A DNA stretch of 63,627 nucleotides, filler included, from Octopus bimaculoides (Eukaryota), in NCBI RefSeq assembly GCF_001194135.2. It is 4 parts of 4 records of this genome, joined end to end, with 100 filler letters (N's around TTAATTAATTAA, not from the genome) between each part and the next. Parts side by side here need not be neighbours in the genome. Positions count along the whole stretch, not along the records: positions 1 to 20,914 come from NC_068983.1; positions 21,015 to 38,648 come from NC_068981.1; 2 more parts are not named here. One strand, given 5' to 3'. The position numbers and the translations under genes are program-made. Below the pieces are notes generated by a model, which was given only the letters and a program-made list of their open reading frames with translations, was not told where the DNA came from and did not search any database. Of this stretch, positions 12,715-25,591 are shown piece by piece (the first letter of the stretch is position 1; each line of letters opens with the position of its first letter).

Positions 12715-13050
12715 GGCAACGTGTAGGCAGAATCATTAACTCACCAGGCAGAATGCTTAGCAACATTTCGTCCGTCTTTATGTTCTAAGTTCAAATTCCG
12801 CTGAGGTTGACTTTGCCTTTCATCCTTTCAGGGTCGAAAAAGCAAGTACTGAGGGCAATATAATCGATCTTCCTCCTCCCCTGAAATTTCTGGCCCTGTA
12901 CCAAAATTTGAAACCAATATATACAGCTTACTTAAAGCGGCGAGCTGACAGAATCGTTAGCACGCTGGACAAAATGCTTAGCGACATTTCGTCTGTCTTT
13001 ATGATCTGAATTCATATTCCGCCGAGGTCCACTTTGCCTTTCATCCTTTC
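12715..13050 (+). mobile_element. Two tandem SINE family B copies
   Basis: GGCAGAATC...GAGGTTGACTTTGCCTTTCATCCTTTC twice (12715-12915 and 12933-13050). Confidence 0.8.
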
Positions 13051-13269
13051 GGATGAATAAGCTACAAATGCATTAATTTGATATATATTGGCGGGGGTTA
13101 TGTAATATGAATTTGAAGGGCAAAATTTCTTTACGATTCTGATAAAAAAAGAAGTTAATCCTTTTTTTCAATTTTTACCAGTTCTCACAATCATCATTTC
13201 ACAGTACATAACCAGCTGCATCTTTTCCATTTTTATATTATTTTACAGAATTTACTCCCATTTTGTGGT

Positions 13270-14030
13270 ACAATATCAGCTATAAATATCTCCCTACTCT
13301 GTAGCAATATCTTCCTTCTTAAACCTTTGATTAATTTCTATGAAACCTTGTCTGCCTTCAGTCATGTTTTCTCTTCTTGTCTGTTTTCTCATTCTGACTT
13401 GCACAAAATGTACTTGTATATTATCATCTTTCATATTTTGCCTTCTTTCTTTATTAACAATTCTCGTTCTTCCCCTATTAGCTTCAGCTTCGTCGTTCGT
13501 CATATAACATCTTCTCGCTCCATTCCTTGCATTAATTTCATTCTTTTCCTCCTGAGTTAATGTTTCTCGTCGTTCCCGTCTCTCCTCCCTTTATTTCTAA
13601 TTCTTATTCCTTCTCTTCGCCCTTGCCCGACTTTTTTCCTTATATCTTCTCTGCCGCTCTCGATTGACTTCTCGCTGTCGTGTTCTACGATCAGTCCACC
13701 TTAATACACAAAACTGCGTTTCATTAGTAAAATTATTTATTTTAAAATAATGTAAGAAGCACTCGATATCATATAGTTGGTAACATCCATATCTAGGATA
13801 TGCAGTTACACATCTTTTACAAAGAAACATAGGGGCACAGATATTAATAAAGAGTTAGTTGAAAAAACTCCATATCTAGGTTATAAAGTTGCATTTTACG
13901 AAAAAAAATTAGGAATACAGTTATTAATACAGTTGGAAAAACTGCGCATCCAGGACATACCGTTGCATACATTTTACAAAGGAAGTTAGGAACACAGGTG
14001 TCAATATATAGATAATAGAATAGGTTAACC
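13270..14030 (-). mobile_element. Probable Helitron 5' portion (charged repeat ORF relic + short tandem repeats)
   Basis: Minus-strand R/E-rich relic (RRETLTQEEKNEINAR..ERRQNM..RRENMTE), three ~75-83 bp tandem units at 13775-14010, and a TCTATTATCTATATA start near 14025. Confidence 0.4.
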
Positions 14031-14034
14031 AAAG

Positions 14035-14211
14035 ATAGATAGATAGACAGACATACAGACAGACGGCCGGACGGACGGACGGACGGACAGACAGACAGAC
14101 AGACGGACGGACGGACGGACGGACGGACGGATGGACAGACGGACAGACAGACGGACAGACAGACAGACANNNNNNNNNNACGGACGGACGGACGGATGGA
14201 CAGACGGACAG

Positions 14212-14244
<33 letters not shown>

Positions 14245-14245
14245 T
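14035..14245. repeat. (GACA)n/(GACG)n compound tetranucleotide repeat
   Basis: Direct reading. Confidence 0.95.
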
Positions 14246-14488
14246 AAATGCTTAATCTTCAAGACACGCGAAAAACCATCTGGTAAATAGTATGATAGTC
14301 AAACAAACGCTAGTGACACGTGCACATGCACACACACGCACTCGCACACTCACACACACACACACACACACACACACAGCTAATTATCGTCTATGTGTGT
14401 ATTTGTGTGCTCACCAATACCATTTGTATATGCATCAGTGTGTGTATATGTGCACGTACCAGTAGCATGCGTTTGAATCCCCCCCCCG

Positions 14489-14519
<31 letters not shown>

Positions 14520-15113
14520 TTCTAACACACACACATACCTTTTGTCCACAGTGTGACAGATCTTTTTTACGCACCTGAAATCTACAGTTAATACTTTAAC
14601 ATAATAGGTAGTAGATGTACAAAACATAACATTACAATCCTGTAAAGAAAAATTCTATTTACGTTTCTAGTTGAGGATTTAGGGTTAACATTAAAGCTTA
14701 AGTTTAGGAATTAAAGTTACTGTTCGGGATCAGGTGTTCGAATTAGAGTTAAACGGAAAAGTAGTAGTTGAAAGAAATTGAATTTGTTGATCTTCATTAC
14801 CCCAAAACGTAACTTGCAATGTTTAAAAGACAAAAATTAAAAATTAAAACGTTATGGATAATGATGATGCTTATTGTACAATTCTGCTAGGAAGTGGTCA
14901 GTGCATAGTATGTGCGTGGTGGTGTGATGTGATATTGTGCGGTATGGTGGTGTATGGTGTAGTGGTTTGTGGTGTAGTGTGATGGTGTTGGGAGGTGGAG
15001 GAGGCGAGAGTGGGGAAGCAATGGTAGGGTGTGGGTTAGGCTGAGGTGGGTATGTGGGAGTGGGTGTAGATATATACAATATATATATATAGAGAGAGAG
15101 AGGTGGGGGAGAT

Positions 15114-15155
<42 letters not shown>

Positions 15156-15239
15156 CAAAGGATATATAAGCATGTATACACACATAAATGTACATACATC
15201 TACGTGTGTATATAGATGCATATCAGGGTACAGGACGTT

Positions 15240-15620
15240 AGAAAAATGAACTACAGACAACGGAACGAACACATAGGAAAACAGATAGCCACTTGGAATT
15301 ATTCCTTCGTCAGCTGCCTCTATTCTAACTAGACGTTTCGAAGATAAGGCAGACCGTACTCTAGAATAGTCTCTTCCTGAGTAGTGGATTGACCCACTAA
15401 ACAGAGGATTCCTAGGTGGCAAACACAAACCAAGACAGGAAAAAATGGACAGTGAAAACAACATTAAAAAGCCGTAGGGCCAAACGCGAATATGATATTG
15501 AACGCTAGTGATATGACGAAGCTGGACGGAGAAAAAACAGTTTGTCTCGCCTTCATAGTGGCTGGAGTGAAAAGACAGAGTTGACCACAGGTCACATGTG
15601 AGCAGAGAGGATGGTAGAGG
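15240..15620 (-). mobile_element. Penelope-like pLTR remnant with two degenerate hammerhead motifs
   Basis: Minus strand contains ACTA-CTCAGGA...CGAAACGTC-TAGT (+ coords ~15328-15386) and CAG-CTGACGA-A-GGAA TAA TTCC-AAGT..CTG (15282-15316). Each has partial core damage. Confidence 0.45.
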
Positions 15621-15718
15621 GAGGAAGTGGAACAAGGAGGAAGAGAGAGATATGTATAGCAGTGAAGTAGAAGCCAAGACAACAGAAGGAAGCAGAGCGA
15701 GAGGGGGAGATGGGTAAG

Positions 15719-15757
<39 letters not shown>

Positions 15758-16266
15758 GGTCGCGTCAGAAATATAAAGTTAAAACTTACTTGGAAAAGGA
15801 CGCGTGCGTTCGATAATATAATAATACAAAGAATATATATGCATGTATACACACATATATGTACATACATCTACATGTGTGTGTATATATATATAGAGAG
15901 AGAGAGAGAAAGAAAGAGAGAGACTTGTCATGTCTGGAGTAACATTATTTTATTTTATTTTACTTCTGAGCTCAGATGCCGCCGACATCGACTATATTGC
16001 CTCATCCTTTCGAGATTGATAAAATAAGTACTACTTGAGCACTCTAGTCAATATGATTAGTAAACCCTCTTCCTCTAAAATCGCTGGCCTCGTGCCAAAT
16101 TAAGAATGAATTATTTCCTTTGACAGTGAATTATTAGAACGCGAGCAATATTTTGAGATGTGAAAAGCAAACAGATATCTGTTGCAAGTATTATACACAT
16201 TTTGTCCGAAATTATACATTTTTGAAATTAAAATTTTTCTCATTCAACAAACTGCAATCTTTATTT

Positions 16267-16294
16267 CCCGGGCAACGCCGGGTATTCTTGTAGT
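16267..16294 (+). mobile_element. Helitron 3' end (GC hairpin + TAG/T)
   Basis: CCCGGGCAACGCCGGG hairpin, then TATTCTTGTAGT (eroded CTAG-T). Confidence 0.65.
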
Positions 16295-17869
16295 TACTTA
16301 TGGGAAGCAGAAGTTTTTGAAAGGAAGTGGTTGGCAGTGACTGAGGGTCATATGACGCAAGTAAAATTAATTAGTAAATCGCGTGTTTTAATTAATGTGC
16401 AAACTTAACAAAACTAATTGTATTTCAACCAAACTGAAAAACATATCTTGCAAACCAAATACAAAAACGAAGTGAAAAATATATATAAAACTAAATCAAT
16501 TTGTTAACTTCGTCGCCATCAACTCGATTCCACGATTATTATTTCTAAATATTGACTGGTTGAATTATGGTAATGAAAAAAAATCTATGCAGATGAAATC
16601 TCTACTTCTTATATTCGAAATGGAAGAAGACATTCGGTGGCTCCAGTTATAGTAGACCCCATACTGTGTGGGTCAGTAAAAACCAAGAGGAAAGGGGGGA
16701 AATGATTCTATGCTATGCCAAGAATTCTATAAAACTAGTATAGCTAAAGCCTGCTGACCGTAAGTAATGTTCTGAAACTTAATTTTTCACTTGCCATCGC
16801 CATCTCTTCATTGGCCAGCATTCCATTACGTTCTTTGTCTCAACTAAACGAGCTTATAATTTTTAGAAAACGGTCGACTAATTCTTGATAATCAAAACGA
16901 AAAAGAAAAAGCAATATGAAGACGGAAATTTTGAGAAAGAGTTAGAGGGGGTAGAAAAAAAAAAGAAAGAGAAAGACAGAGGGCTTCAGCGTTTCATATG
17001 TCATGTGCGCGCGCCTTTGCATGCGTCTGTGTATATACGTGCATGTGCGCTTTTATGTGCAAATGAATGTGTCTATATGTGTACACGTCTGTCCATATTT
17101 GTGTGCGCATGCGAAAGGCTTCTCTCCATTTGTTCAGTTGACTCTTTCTATAGACTTTCGCTTGTCCTTCTAAATAAAGGCGCAGTCTAATTCATTTACT
17201 GTTCATTAACTTTTTTTCATTTTTCCTTTACTGATAAACTGTATAGAGTGATGTAACACCAATCCCCAAGACAAAACAATAAAACTTACATTTAAAAACA
17301 GTTCTTTTTCAATCATGATTACAAAGAATCGGTTTCATGACCAAAGGACATAATTTCACAAAAGGCTCAGTGAGGGTTCTTTTCATAAGTCATTATTTCG
17401 TAAAAATGTGGGGGAATATAGTTGATGACAAACCATTCTGCTACCCCCGTTCATTCATTATTTATTTCCAAATTAAAGACGGTAAACTATCTAGTTTAAG
17501 TCGTTAATGCTAAATTCAAATCAGTGATCTGCGATTTTGGTCAAGTAAAAAGTTTAATTACAGACAAGATACTGGCCGCTGAACGCTCATTTATCACCTC
17601 TGTTCAAAATCCAATTGTCTCTTTGAATTTGTGGAATTTAATTTAATGGAAGCGAAGCAGATTTCCATCATGCGACAATGAATGAATGAACGAATGAATG
17701 AATGAATAAATAAATAAATAAATGAATGAATAAATAAATAAAAGCATTCAGTTTTATTTCAAAATCTCATATCTACCCACTACACACGCGCGCGTACGTC
17801 AGTTGTGTGTATGTGTATGTGTGTGTGTATCTATCTATCTATCTATTTATCTGTGCGTGCGTGTGTGTA

Positions 17870-17909
<40 letters not shown>

Positions 17910-18214
17910 CGTGTGTGCGTGTGTGTGAGAGTGTGTGTGTATTTCATTTATCACTATCACGCGGACAGAAAAATCTTGACCTGAGAATACACAAACAGAT
18001 CCATAATTTAAACAAATATAAATGATTGTGAACTATCGTAGTTTTCCGTTTAATCGATTGAAATAATTGGTGAGTCCGGCCATATTTTTTTTTGCTGCTG
18101 GCTCACTCTTATTGTGTATTATTCGAGCAATATGCGCATTTTAATTTAAATGCAAGCTTTACTTAATTTTCTAAAAGGACATCATGGTTCAATAAATTAA
18201 TGGTTTGGCAACAT

Positions 18215-18241
18215 TATTATTATTATTTATTATTATTATTA

Positions 18242-18279
<38 letters not shown>

Positions 18280-18295
18280 GTCATTATTATTATTA

Positions 18296-18334
<39 letters not shown>

Positions 18335-18376
18335 GCATCATCATCATTATTATCATTATTATTATTATTATTATTA
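18215..18376. repeat. (ATT)n microsatellite
   Basis: Direct reading. Similar trinucleotide tracts at 27510-28010, 31190-31310 and 63490-63570. Confidence 0.95.
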
Positions 18377-18544
18377 CACTGAAAAAGTCTTTATTTCGCG
18401 TTAATCTATTAAATATGCACACTCAGCTCTTCCTTCCTAAATTCACCCGTTAAATTCATCTCTCTCTCTCTCTCTCTCTCTCCCTATCTTTCTCTTTCAC
18501 TCACTCACTCTTTCTTCCTATCTTTCTCTTTCTCTCCCTCTCTC

Positions 18545-19050
18545 ACACACACACATACTTGCATACATACATACAAATATTTACACACATGCATACATAC
18601 GTAAATACATACAAACATTCATACACACACACACATATAAATACATGCATACATACACACACATACATACACACAGACATACATACATACATACATACTC
18701 TCACATACATACATACATAAATACATACATACATACATATATACACACATACATGCAAACATACACACACACATATATACATACAGACACACATACATAT
18801 ACACACATGCATACACACATGCATACACACATACATATGCACATATACATACATACGCAAGCACACGCACACACATACATATATACATGCACCCATACAT
18901 ACACACACACACATACATATATACATACACAAACATACATACGTACGTACGTACATACATACATACATACATACATACATACATACATACATACATACAT
19001 ACACACATACATAAATACATACATTTTATCGTGCCCACACACACACATAC
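18545..19050. repeat. Degenerate (TACA)n/(CA)n satellite
   Basis: Direct reading. Similar tracts at 25830-26015 and 33060-33360. Confidence 0.95.
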
Positions 19051-20528
19051 ACGAATTAAGAATATTTATTCATTACACATACTTTATAAGTTTATGTTCA
19101 TATTCCGAAGAAATTATAATTGAAATTGTCTTGTAATTTATGAAAATAACGGAAGAATGAAGAATAACAGAAGAAGAAGAAGAAAAGTGATGAGTTAAAT
19201 ATTTTAATTGGTTTAGAAGAGATTCAGAAAGTAATGAGAAAATTCAAAATCTGAAAAATTCCCTGGGGGTCAGGAGCTGAATGAACTCTCAACGTAAGTG
19301 GTGGTTGGTGAGGAATTCCTATCAGATACTACGTTACTGTGCATAACAAAACAAAAAACACAAATTAGCTATATGAAAAACGGGGGGAATAGATGAGAGA
19401 GTGGGGCAAGAACAGGGGAGAGAGAGAGAGAGAAGGAGATGAGAGAGAGAAGGAGATGAGAGAGAGTGGGACACAATTAGTATTTTTTTTTTAAACCAAC
19501 TATAAGTCAGCAGATATGAAACGTTGTTTATTTTTTTATTTCATTTATTTCTTTTGTAATAAACTCAACTTGATTGAAGGTCGGAGGTCAGTCATGAACC
19601 TTAAAGGATCAAAGGTCACAAGTGATTTTAATTAGCAGATTCNNNNNNNNNNNNNNNNNNNNNNNNNNNNNNNNNNNNNNNNNNNNNNNNNNNNNNNNNN
19701 NNNNNNNNNNNNNNNNNNNNNNNNNNNNNNNNNNNNNNNNNNNNNNNNNNNNNNNNNNNNNNNNNNNNNNNNNNNNNNNNNNNNNNNNNNNNNNNNNNNN
19801 NNNNNNNNNNNNNNNNNNNNNNNNNNNNNNNNNNNNNNNNNNNNNNNNNNNNNNNNNNNNNNNNNNNNNNNNNNNNNNNNNNNNNNNNNNNNNNNNNNNN
19901 NNNNNNNNNNNNNNNNNNNNNNNNNNNNNNNNNNNNNNNNNNNNNNNNNNNNNNNNNNNNNNNNNNNNNNNNNNNNNNNNNNNNNNNNNNNNNNNNNNNN
20001 NNNNNNNNNNNNNNNNNNNNNNNNNNNNNNNNNNNNNNNNNNNNNNNNNNNNNNNNNNNNNNNNNNNNNNNNNNNNNNNNNNNNNNNNNNNNNNNNNNNN
20101 NNNNNNNNNNNNNNNNNNNNNNNNNNNNNNNNNNNNNNNNNNNNNNNNNNNNNNNNNNNNNNNNNNNNNNNNNNNNNNNNNNNNNNNNNNNNNNNNNNNN
20201 NNNNNNNNNNNNNNNNNNNNNNNNNNNNNNNNNNNNNNNNNNNNNNNNNNNNNNNNNNNNNNNNNNNNNNNNNNNNNNNNNNNNNNNNNNNNNNNNNNNN
20301 NNNNNNNNNNNNNNNNNNNNNNNNNNNNNNNNNNNNNNNNNNNNNNNNNNNNNNNNNNNNNNNNNNNNNNNNNNNNNNNNNNNNNNNNNNNNNNNNNNNN
20401 NNNNNNNNNAAGAATACGGACTAGTATAATTAATATTAGGGAGAATATACAAATAATAACAACAGACGAGGACAGGTGGTGTAAATAACAAAAGTATATA
20501 TTAGTATGACGCTCGGGAATACGGAAAG

Positions 20529-20565
20529 TCTTTGACGTTTCGAGCTACGCTCTTCAACAGAAAGA
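20529..20565 (-). ncRNA. Minimal type I hammerhead ribozyme-like motif (A6->U variant)
   Basis: Minus strand UCUUU CUGUUGA A GAGC GUA GCUC GAAA CG UC^AAAGA. Perfect 5-bp stem I, 4-bp stem II, palindromic CG stem III, and one core substitution. Confidence 0.6.
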
Positions 20566-20680
20566 ATACGGACTAGTATAATTAATATTATCAAAGGTAA
20601 TCAGAAATATTTGAAATTTCTACTACCAGTGGCCTAGTGTGTAAAAATTTAGTCAATGGACTATATATTTTTCATATAGA

Positions 20681-20872
20681 TACAGTGTACATATAAACAC
20701 ATAAGAGGCATCCATCATATGGATCCCTTGCACCCTAGAAAGAACAGCTAAATTCCATACCACTATTTAGGGATAAAACTTCGAAGGAAATGAAAAATAA
20801 AAATAAAAACATTTACCATCTAGCATGGAAGGAATCCATATGATTGATGCCTCTTATGCGCTTAAATGTACG

Positions 20873-20877
<5 letters not shown>
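20681..20877. mobile_element. Tc1/mariner-like MITE
   Basis: ~47-bp imperfect TIRs (20681-20727 and 20831-20877). The left TIR begins TA-CAGTG. Confidence 0.7.
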
Positions 20878-20914
<37 letters not shown>

Positions 20915-21014
20915 NNNNNNNNNNNNNNNNNNNNNNNNNNNNNNNNNNNNNNNNNNNNTTAATTAATTAANNNNNNNNNNNNNNNNNNNNNNNNNNNNNN
21001 NNNNNNNNNNNNNN
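20915..21014. other. Artificial 100-bp scaffold spacer (N44-TTAATTAATTAA-N44)
   Basis: Exact 44/12/44 structure. The 12-mer is palindromic and puts stops in all six frames. Confidence 0.95.
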
Positions 21015-21261
21015 TATATATATATGCATATATATACTCATACATTCAGGAAGACTGATGTGTGAGTCCGTATTTGAGAATGTGTATTTGAGTTTTTACG
21101 TATGTGTGTGTGTGTGTGTAATACTGAAGTCTTCTTGCACATACACACATATATATTAAATATACGTGTATGTGTAGAAACATATACATACGCATACATC
21201 TTTCCGTGTGTACGTACATTAATAAGTAAATTACATTGATACAAACATATATATCTATATC

Positions 21262-21339
<78 letters not shown>

Positions 21340-21483
21340 CATATATGTGTGTGTGTGTGCGTGTGTATTTGTGTGTGTATGTCCATGGAAACATAAGTAA
21401 ATGCATATTATATGTAAACATATATGTGTATTTATATACATGTGTTTATGTATGAATGAGTATATATACTCATCAATATATAC

Positions 21484-21528
<45 letters not shown>

Positions 21529-23729
21529 TATATACAGTGATAACTATGTAAGATAGTGTATTTCATGCATGTATATATCTATATATCTCCTTCTTCTCCT
21601 CCCTCTCTTCATATAAATATATAAGTATATATATGTATGTATGTATGTATATATAAATATATACGTATACATATTATTATAGCTACACACACACACAATC
21701 ACACATATATATAGGTAAACGGGCACTCATTTATATAGAGAAAGTCAGTATTGATTCCCATCGTTCTCAAGAAAGACCAGATAAAAAGACAATGACGAAA
21801 TGGTAGTAAAAATAATCTCGTAATGAACAGTGAAAACAAGCAAGGCGCGGGCCGGGAAAAAGCACTTTCGAACAGCGATGCAAGAATACAAGAATTAAAG
21901 AATAACATAATTCACTAAAAATGGAGAATGCTCAGTTTTTTCTTAACCGTGCAGCTTAATGAATTTTTTGTTGTCTCTCGCGCGTCTGTATCATTCTTTC
22001 TTTCTTTCTTTCTTTCTCTCTCTCTCTCACACACACAAACACACACACACATATACATGNNNNNNNNNNNNNNNNNNNNNNNNNNNNNNNNNNNNNNNNN
22101 NNNNNNNNNNNNNNNNNNNNNNNNNNNNNNNNNNNNNNNNNNNNNNNNNNNNNNNNNNNNNNNNNNNNNNNNNNNNNNNNNNNNNNNNNNNNNNNNNNNN
22201 NNNNNNNNNNNNNNNNNNNNNNNNNNNNNNNNNNNNNNNNNNNNNNNNNNNNNNNNNNNNNNNNNNNNNNNNNNNNNNNNNNNNNNNNNNNNNNNNNNNN
22301 NNNNNNNNNNNNNNNNNNNNNNNNNNNNNNNNNNNNNNNNNNNNNNNNNNNNNNNNNNNNNNNNNNNNNNNNNNNNNNNNNNNNNNNNNNNNNNNNNNNN
22401 NNNNNNNNNNNNNNNNNNNNNNNNNNNNNNNNNNNNNNNNNNNNNNNNNNNNNNNNNNNNNNNNNNNNNNNNNNNNNNNNNNNNNNNNNNNNNNNNNNNN
22501 NNNNNNNNNNNNNNNNNNNNNNNNNNNNNNNNNNNNNNNNNNNNNNNNNNNNNNNNNNNNNNNNNNNNNNNNNNNNNNNNNNNNNNNNNNNNNNNNNNNN
22601 NNNNNNNNNNNNNNNNNNNNNNNNNNNNNNNNNNNNNNNNNNNNNNNNNNNNNNNNNNNNNNNNNNNNNNNTTTCAATATTTATTTTTGCATCAAATAGC
22701 CGGTTCTTTTGGTCAAACTATCGTATCTCCAGCTGCTTCAGATGCCAAGATATCAAAAATTGTCAAAGTGTAGCACAAAGGTTTTGCTATGGAATGATGA
22801 AACTATTTTCCCGTTTTTTGAAAAAGCAACGTTTTGGACTTCCGACACTTTTGCATAATAGCAACGATATGTATTAGAAACAAAAAATGAAAAGGCAAAG
22901 CATGTGGTGTTACTTTAGAAAATACACACATGCAGCTACACACACAGAGACAGACAGACACACACACGCACACACACAGACACATACACTGACAAAACAC
23001 ACACTTGCACATATATATAATTTATGTTAAAATTATGAGATGAAGAGATATTTTTGAAAAGTGCGTGTGCGCGTTAGAGTGTGTTTATGCGAGTGAGTGT
23101 GTCTGTCTGTGTGTATCTGTGTGTACGTGAGAGGGAGAGAGAGAGAAATAGAGAGAGCGAGAGAGAGAAATAGAGACCGAGATAGAGAGAGAGAGGGGAG
23201 AGAAATAGAGAGAGTGTGAGTGCGTTTGTGTGTGTGTGTGTGTGTGTGTGTGGATGCATGTATATGTTTTTATCATATTCATTACTATATTTCTGTGTGT
23301 GCCTGTGTGCATATGTACGAAAGTGTTTGCATGTGAATATATGCGTTTGTATGCATGTGTTTGTGTGGAGGTAACTCTAAATAGCCCGTCCAGATCAGGA
23401 ACCAAAAGAGATCAATAGACGATTCCAAAAAAAAAAAAAAGAGGAAGCTTTTTTTATCTGTCAGCATCCAACAGAGATGGAATTATGGACAGTACGCACG
23501 CACACACATACATATATACATAGTTATACATACATGTACATTCATACATAAACACGTATATATGTTTATACAAAAATGCATTCGTTTTAATATCTAATAA
23601 TAATAATCATATATATATATATATATGTAGTATCACATTGGATTTCTCCATATACATATATAAAGAGAGAGAGAGAATAACACACACGCACGCCCACATA
23701 CACAGACATGCACACACAAGCAAGCACAG

Positions 23730-23776
<47 letters not shown>

Positions 23777-24087
23777 GTTCTAGTAACCTACTACTCTGGA
23801 GTGTTGCCGATATATTGTCGATTCCTTAACCTACAAATTGCTATCCATCTTTCATCCATGTGTTGGAAGAACAAACAAGAGAACACGCCGGAGATATTCC
23901 AAATAGCTAATTTTGGTCAACGTTAATTAACTACAATGATACATAGCAATGATGTCGGCTGTCTATCTACTCTTCGTTTCGAGCATTGAACGACATTATG
24001 AGTCTTCGAAGGCAGTTGTTCCCATAAATACCAAAATAAAATTTTGGCTTTATGGAAGATTAAAGGTCGGAACAAAAACAGGACCGT

Positions 24088-24131
<44 letters not shown>

Positions 24132-24289
24132 GACAGGCTTCTTTCAGGTTCCACAAGGATTTGGTCGGCGAGGGGCTACAGCGGAGGATACTTACCCATG
24201 ATGACGTACAGTGGGATTGAATTCGGAACCATGTCCAGAAGAACCAAACTTCTTATCACGCAGACACGTACACACATGTCTATATATGC

Positions 24290-24508
24290 GAACTGGCAGA
24301 AGCGTTAGCATACCGGGCGAGGTGCTTAGCGGTATTTCGCCTGCTGTTACGTTCTGAGTTCAAATCCCGCCGAGGTTCACTTTGCCTTTCATCCTTTCGG
24401 GGTCGATGAAATAAGTACCAGCTACACACTGGGGTCGATGTAATCGACTAAATCCCTTTGTCTGTCCTTTGTCCCCTTTATGTTTAGCCCCCTGTGGGCA
24501 ATAAAGAA
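24290..24508 (+). mobile_element. SINE family B, full length with extended tail
   Basis: GCGAACTGGCAGAAGCGTTAGC...TGTTTAGCCCCCTGTGGGCAATAAAGAA. Confidence 0.85.
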
Positions 24509-25234
24509 TATACATATATATATATATATATACATACATACATCCATACAGACAAATAAAGTATATGTATATATGCATGTGTATACGTATATATATATAT
24601 ATATATATATATATATNNNNNNNNNNNNNNNNNNNNNNNNNNNNNNNNNNNNNNNNNNNNNNNNNNNNNNNNNNNNNNNNNNNNNNNNNNNNNNNNNNNN
24701 NNNNNNNNNNNNNNNNNNNNNNNNNNNNNNNNNNNNNNNNNNNNNNNNNNNNNNNNNNNNNNNNNNNNNNNNNNNNNNNNNNNNNNNNNNNNNNNNNNNN
24801 NNNNNNNNNNNNNNNNNNNNNNNNNNNNNNNNNNNNNNNNNNNNNNNNNNNNNNNNNNNNNNNNNNNNNNNNNNNNNNNNNNNNNNNNNNNNNNNNNNNN
24901 NNNNNNNNNNNNNNNNNNNNNNNNNNNNNNNNNNNNNNNNNNNNNNNNNNNNNNNNNNNNNNNNNNNNNNNNNNNNNNNNNNNNNNNNNNNNNNNNNNNN
25001 NNNNNNNNNNNNNNNNNNNNNNNNNNNNNNNNNNNNNNNNNNNNNNNNNNNNNNNNNNNNNNNNNNNNNNNNNNNNNNNNNNNNNNNNNNNNNNNNNNNN
25101 NNNNNNNNNNNNNNNNNNNNNNGATGTTTCTCAAGGTGTTCGGTTATTCTACACGGCTCTCTTCTCCTTTATCAGTCTCTCTCTTTGTCTCTTTGTTTTT
25201 TCTTCTCTATCTCTCCCCCTTTCATAAAGGTATC

Positions 25235-25270
<36 letters not shown>

Positions 25271-25461
25271 CACACAGCATATGCACAGACACCCACTCAC
25301 ACATTTCCCTGCATATATATCTATATATATACAAAAAAAAACTGAACATTCTTTCATTTACGTTATAAACGCCTGCGTACACATGTATATATACGCCCGT
25401 ATATGTGTGTGTGCGTGTGTGTGTGTGTGTGTGTGTGCGTGCGCGTGCGTGTGTGTATGTG

Positions 25462-25591
25462 TGTAGGGAAATTTATTAGCCCAAGCTCGCTGATAGAGAG
25501 TGGTCACGAAGTGAATATTTGGTCAGTTGTGCTGTGTCTATGACGCCGACCACTCTCTATCAGCGAGCTTGGGCTCATAAATTTCCCTACA
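25462..25591. mobile_element. Hairpin element / MITE
   Basis: 44-bp arms (25462-25505 and 25548-25591) with one mismatch around a 42-bp spacer. Confidence 0.8.

Noticed and set aside
18189-19136. Poly-I/L and HT/YV/CV-repeat ORFs (also 30265-30996, 33035-33981, 56980-58123)
   Set aside because: Translations of (ATT)n, (TACA)n, (CA)n and (CT)n repeats, with no coding signal.
20959-20970. TTAATTAATTAA islands as a biological motif
   Set aside because: Exactly centred in 44+44 N three times; a synthetic all-frame-stop linker.
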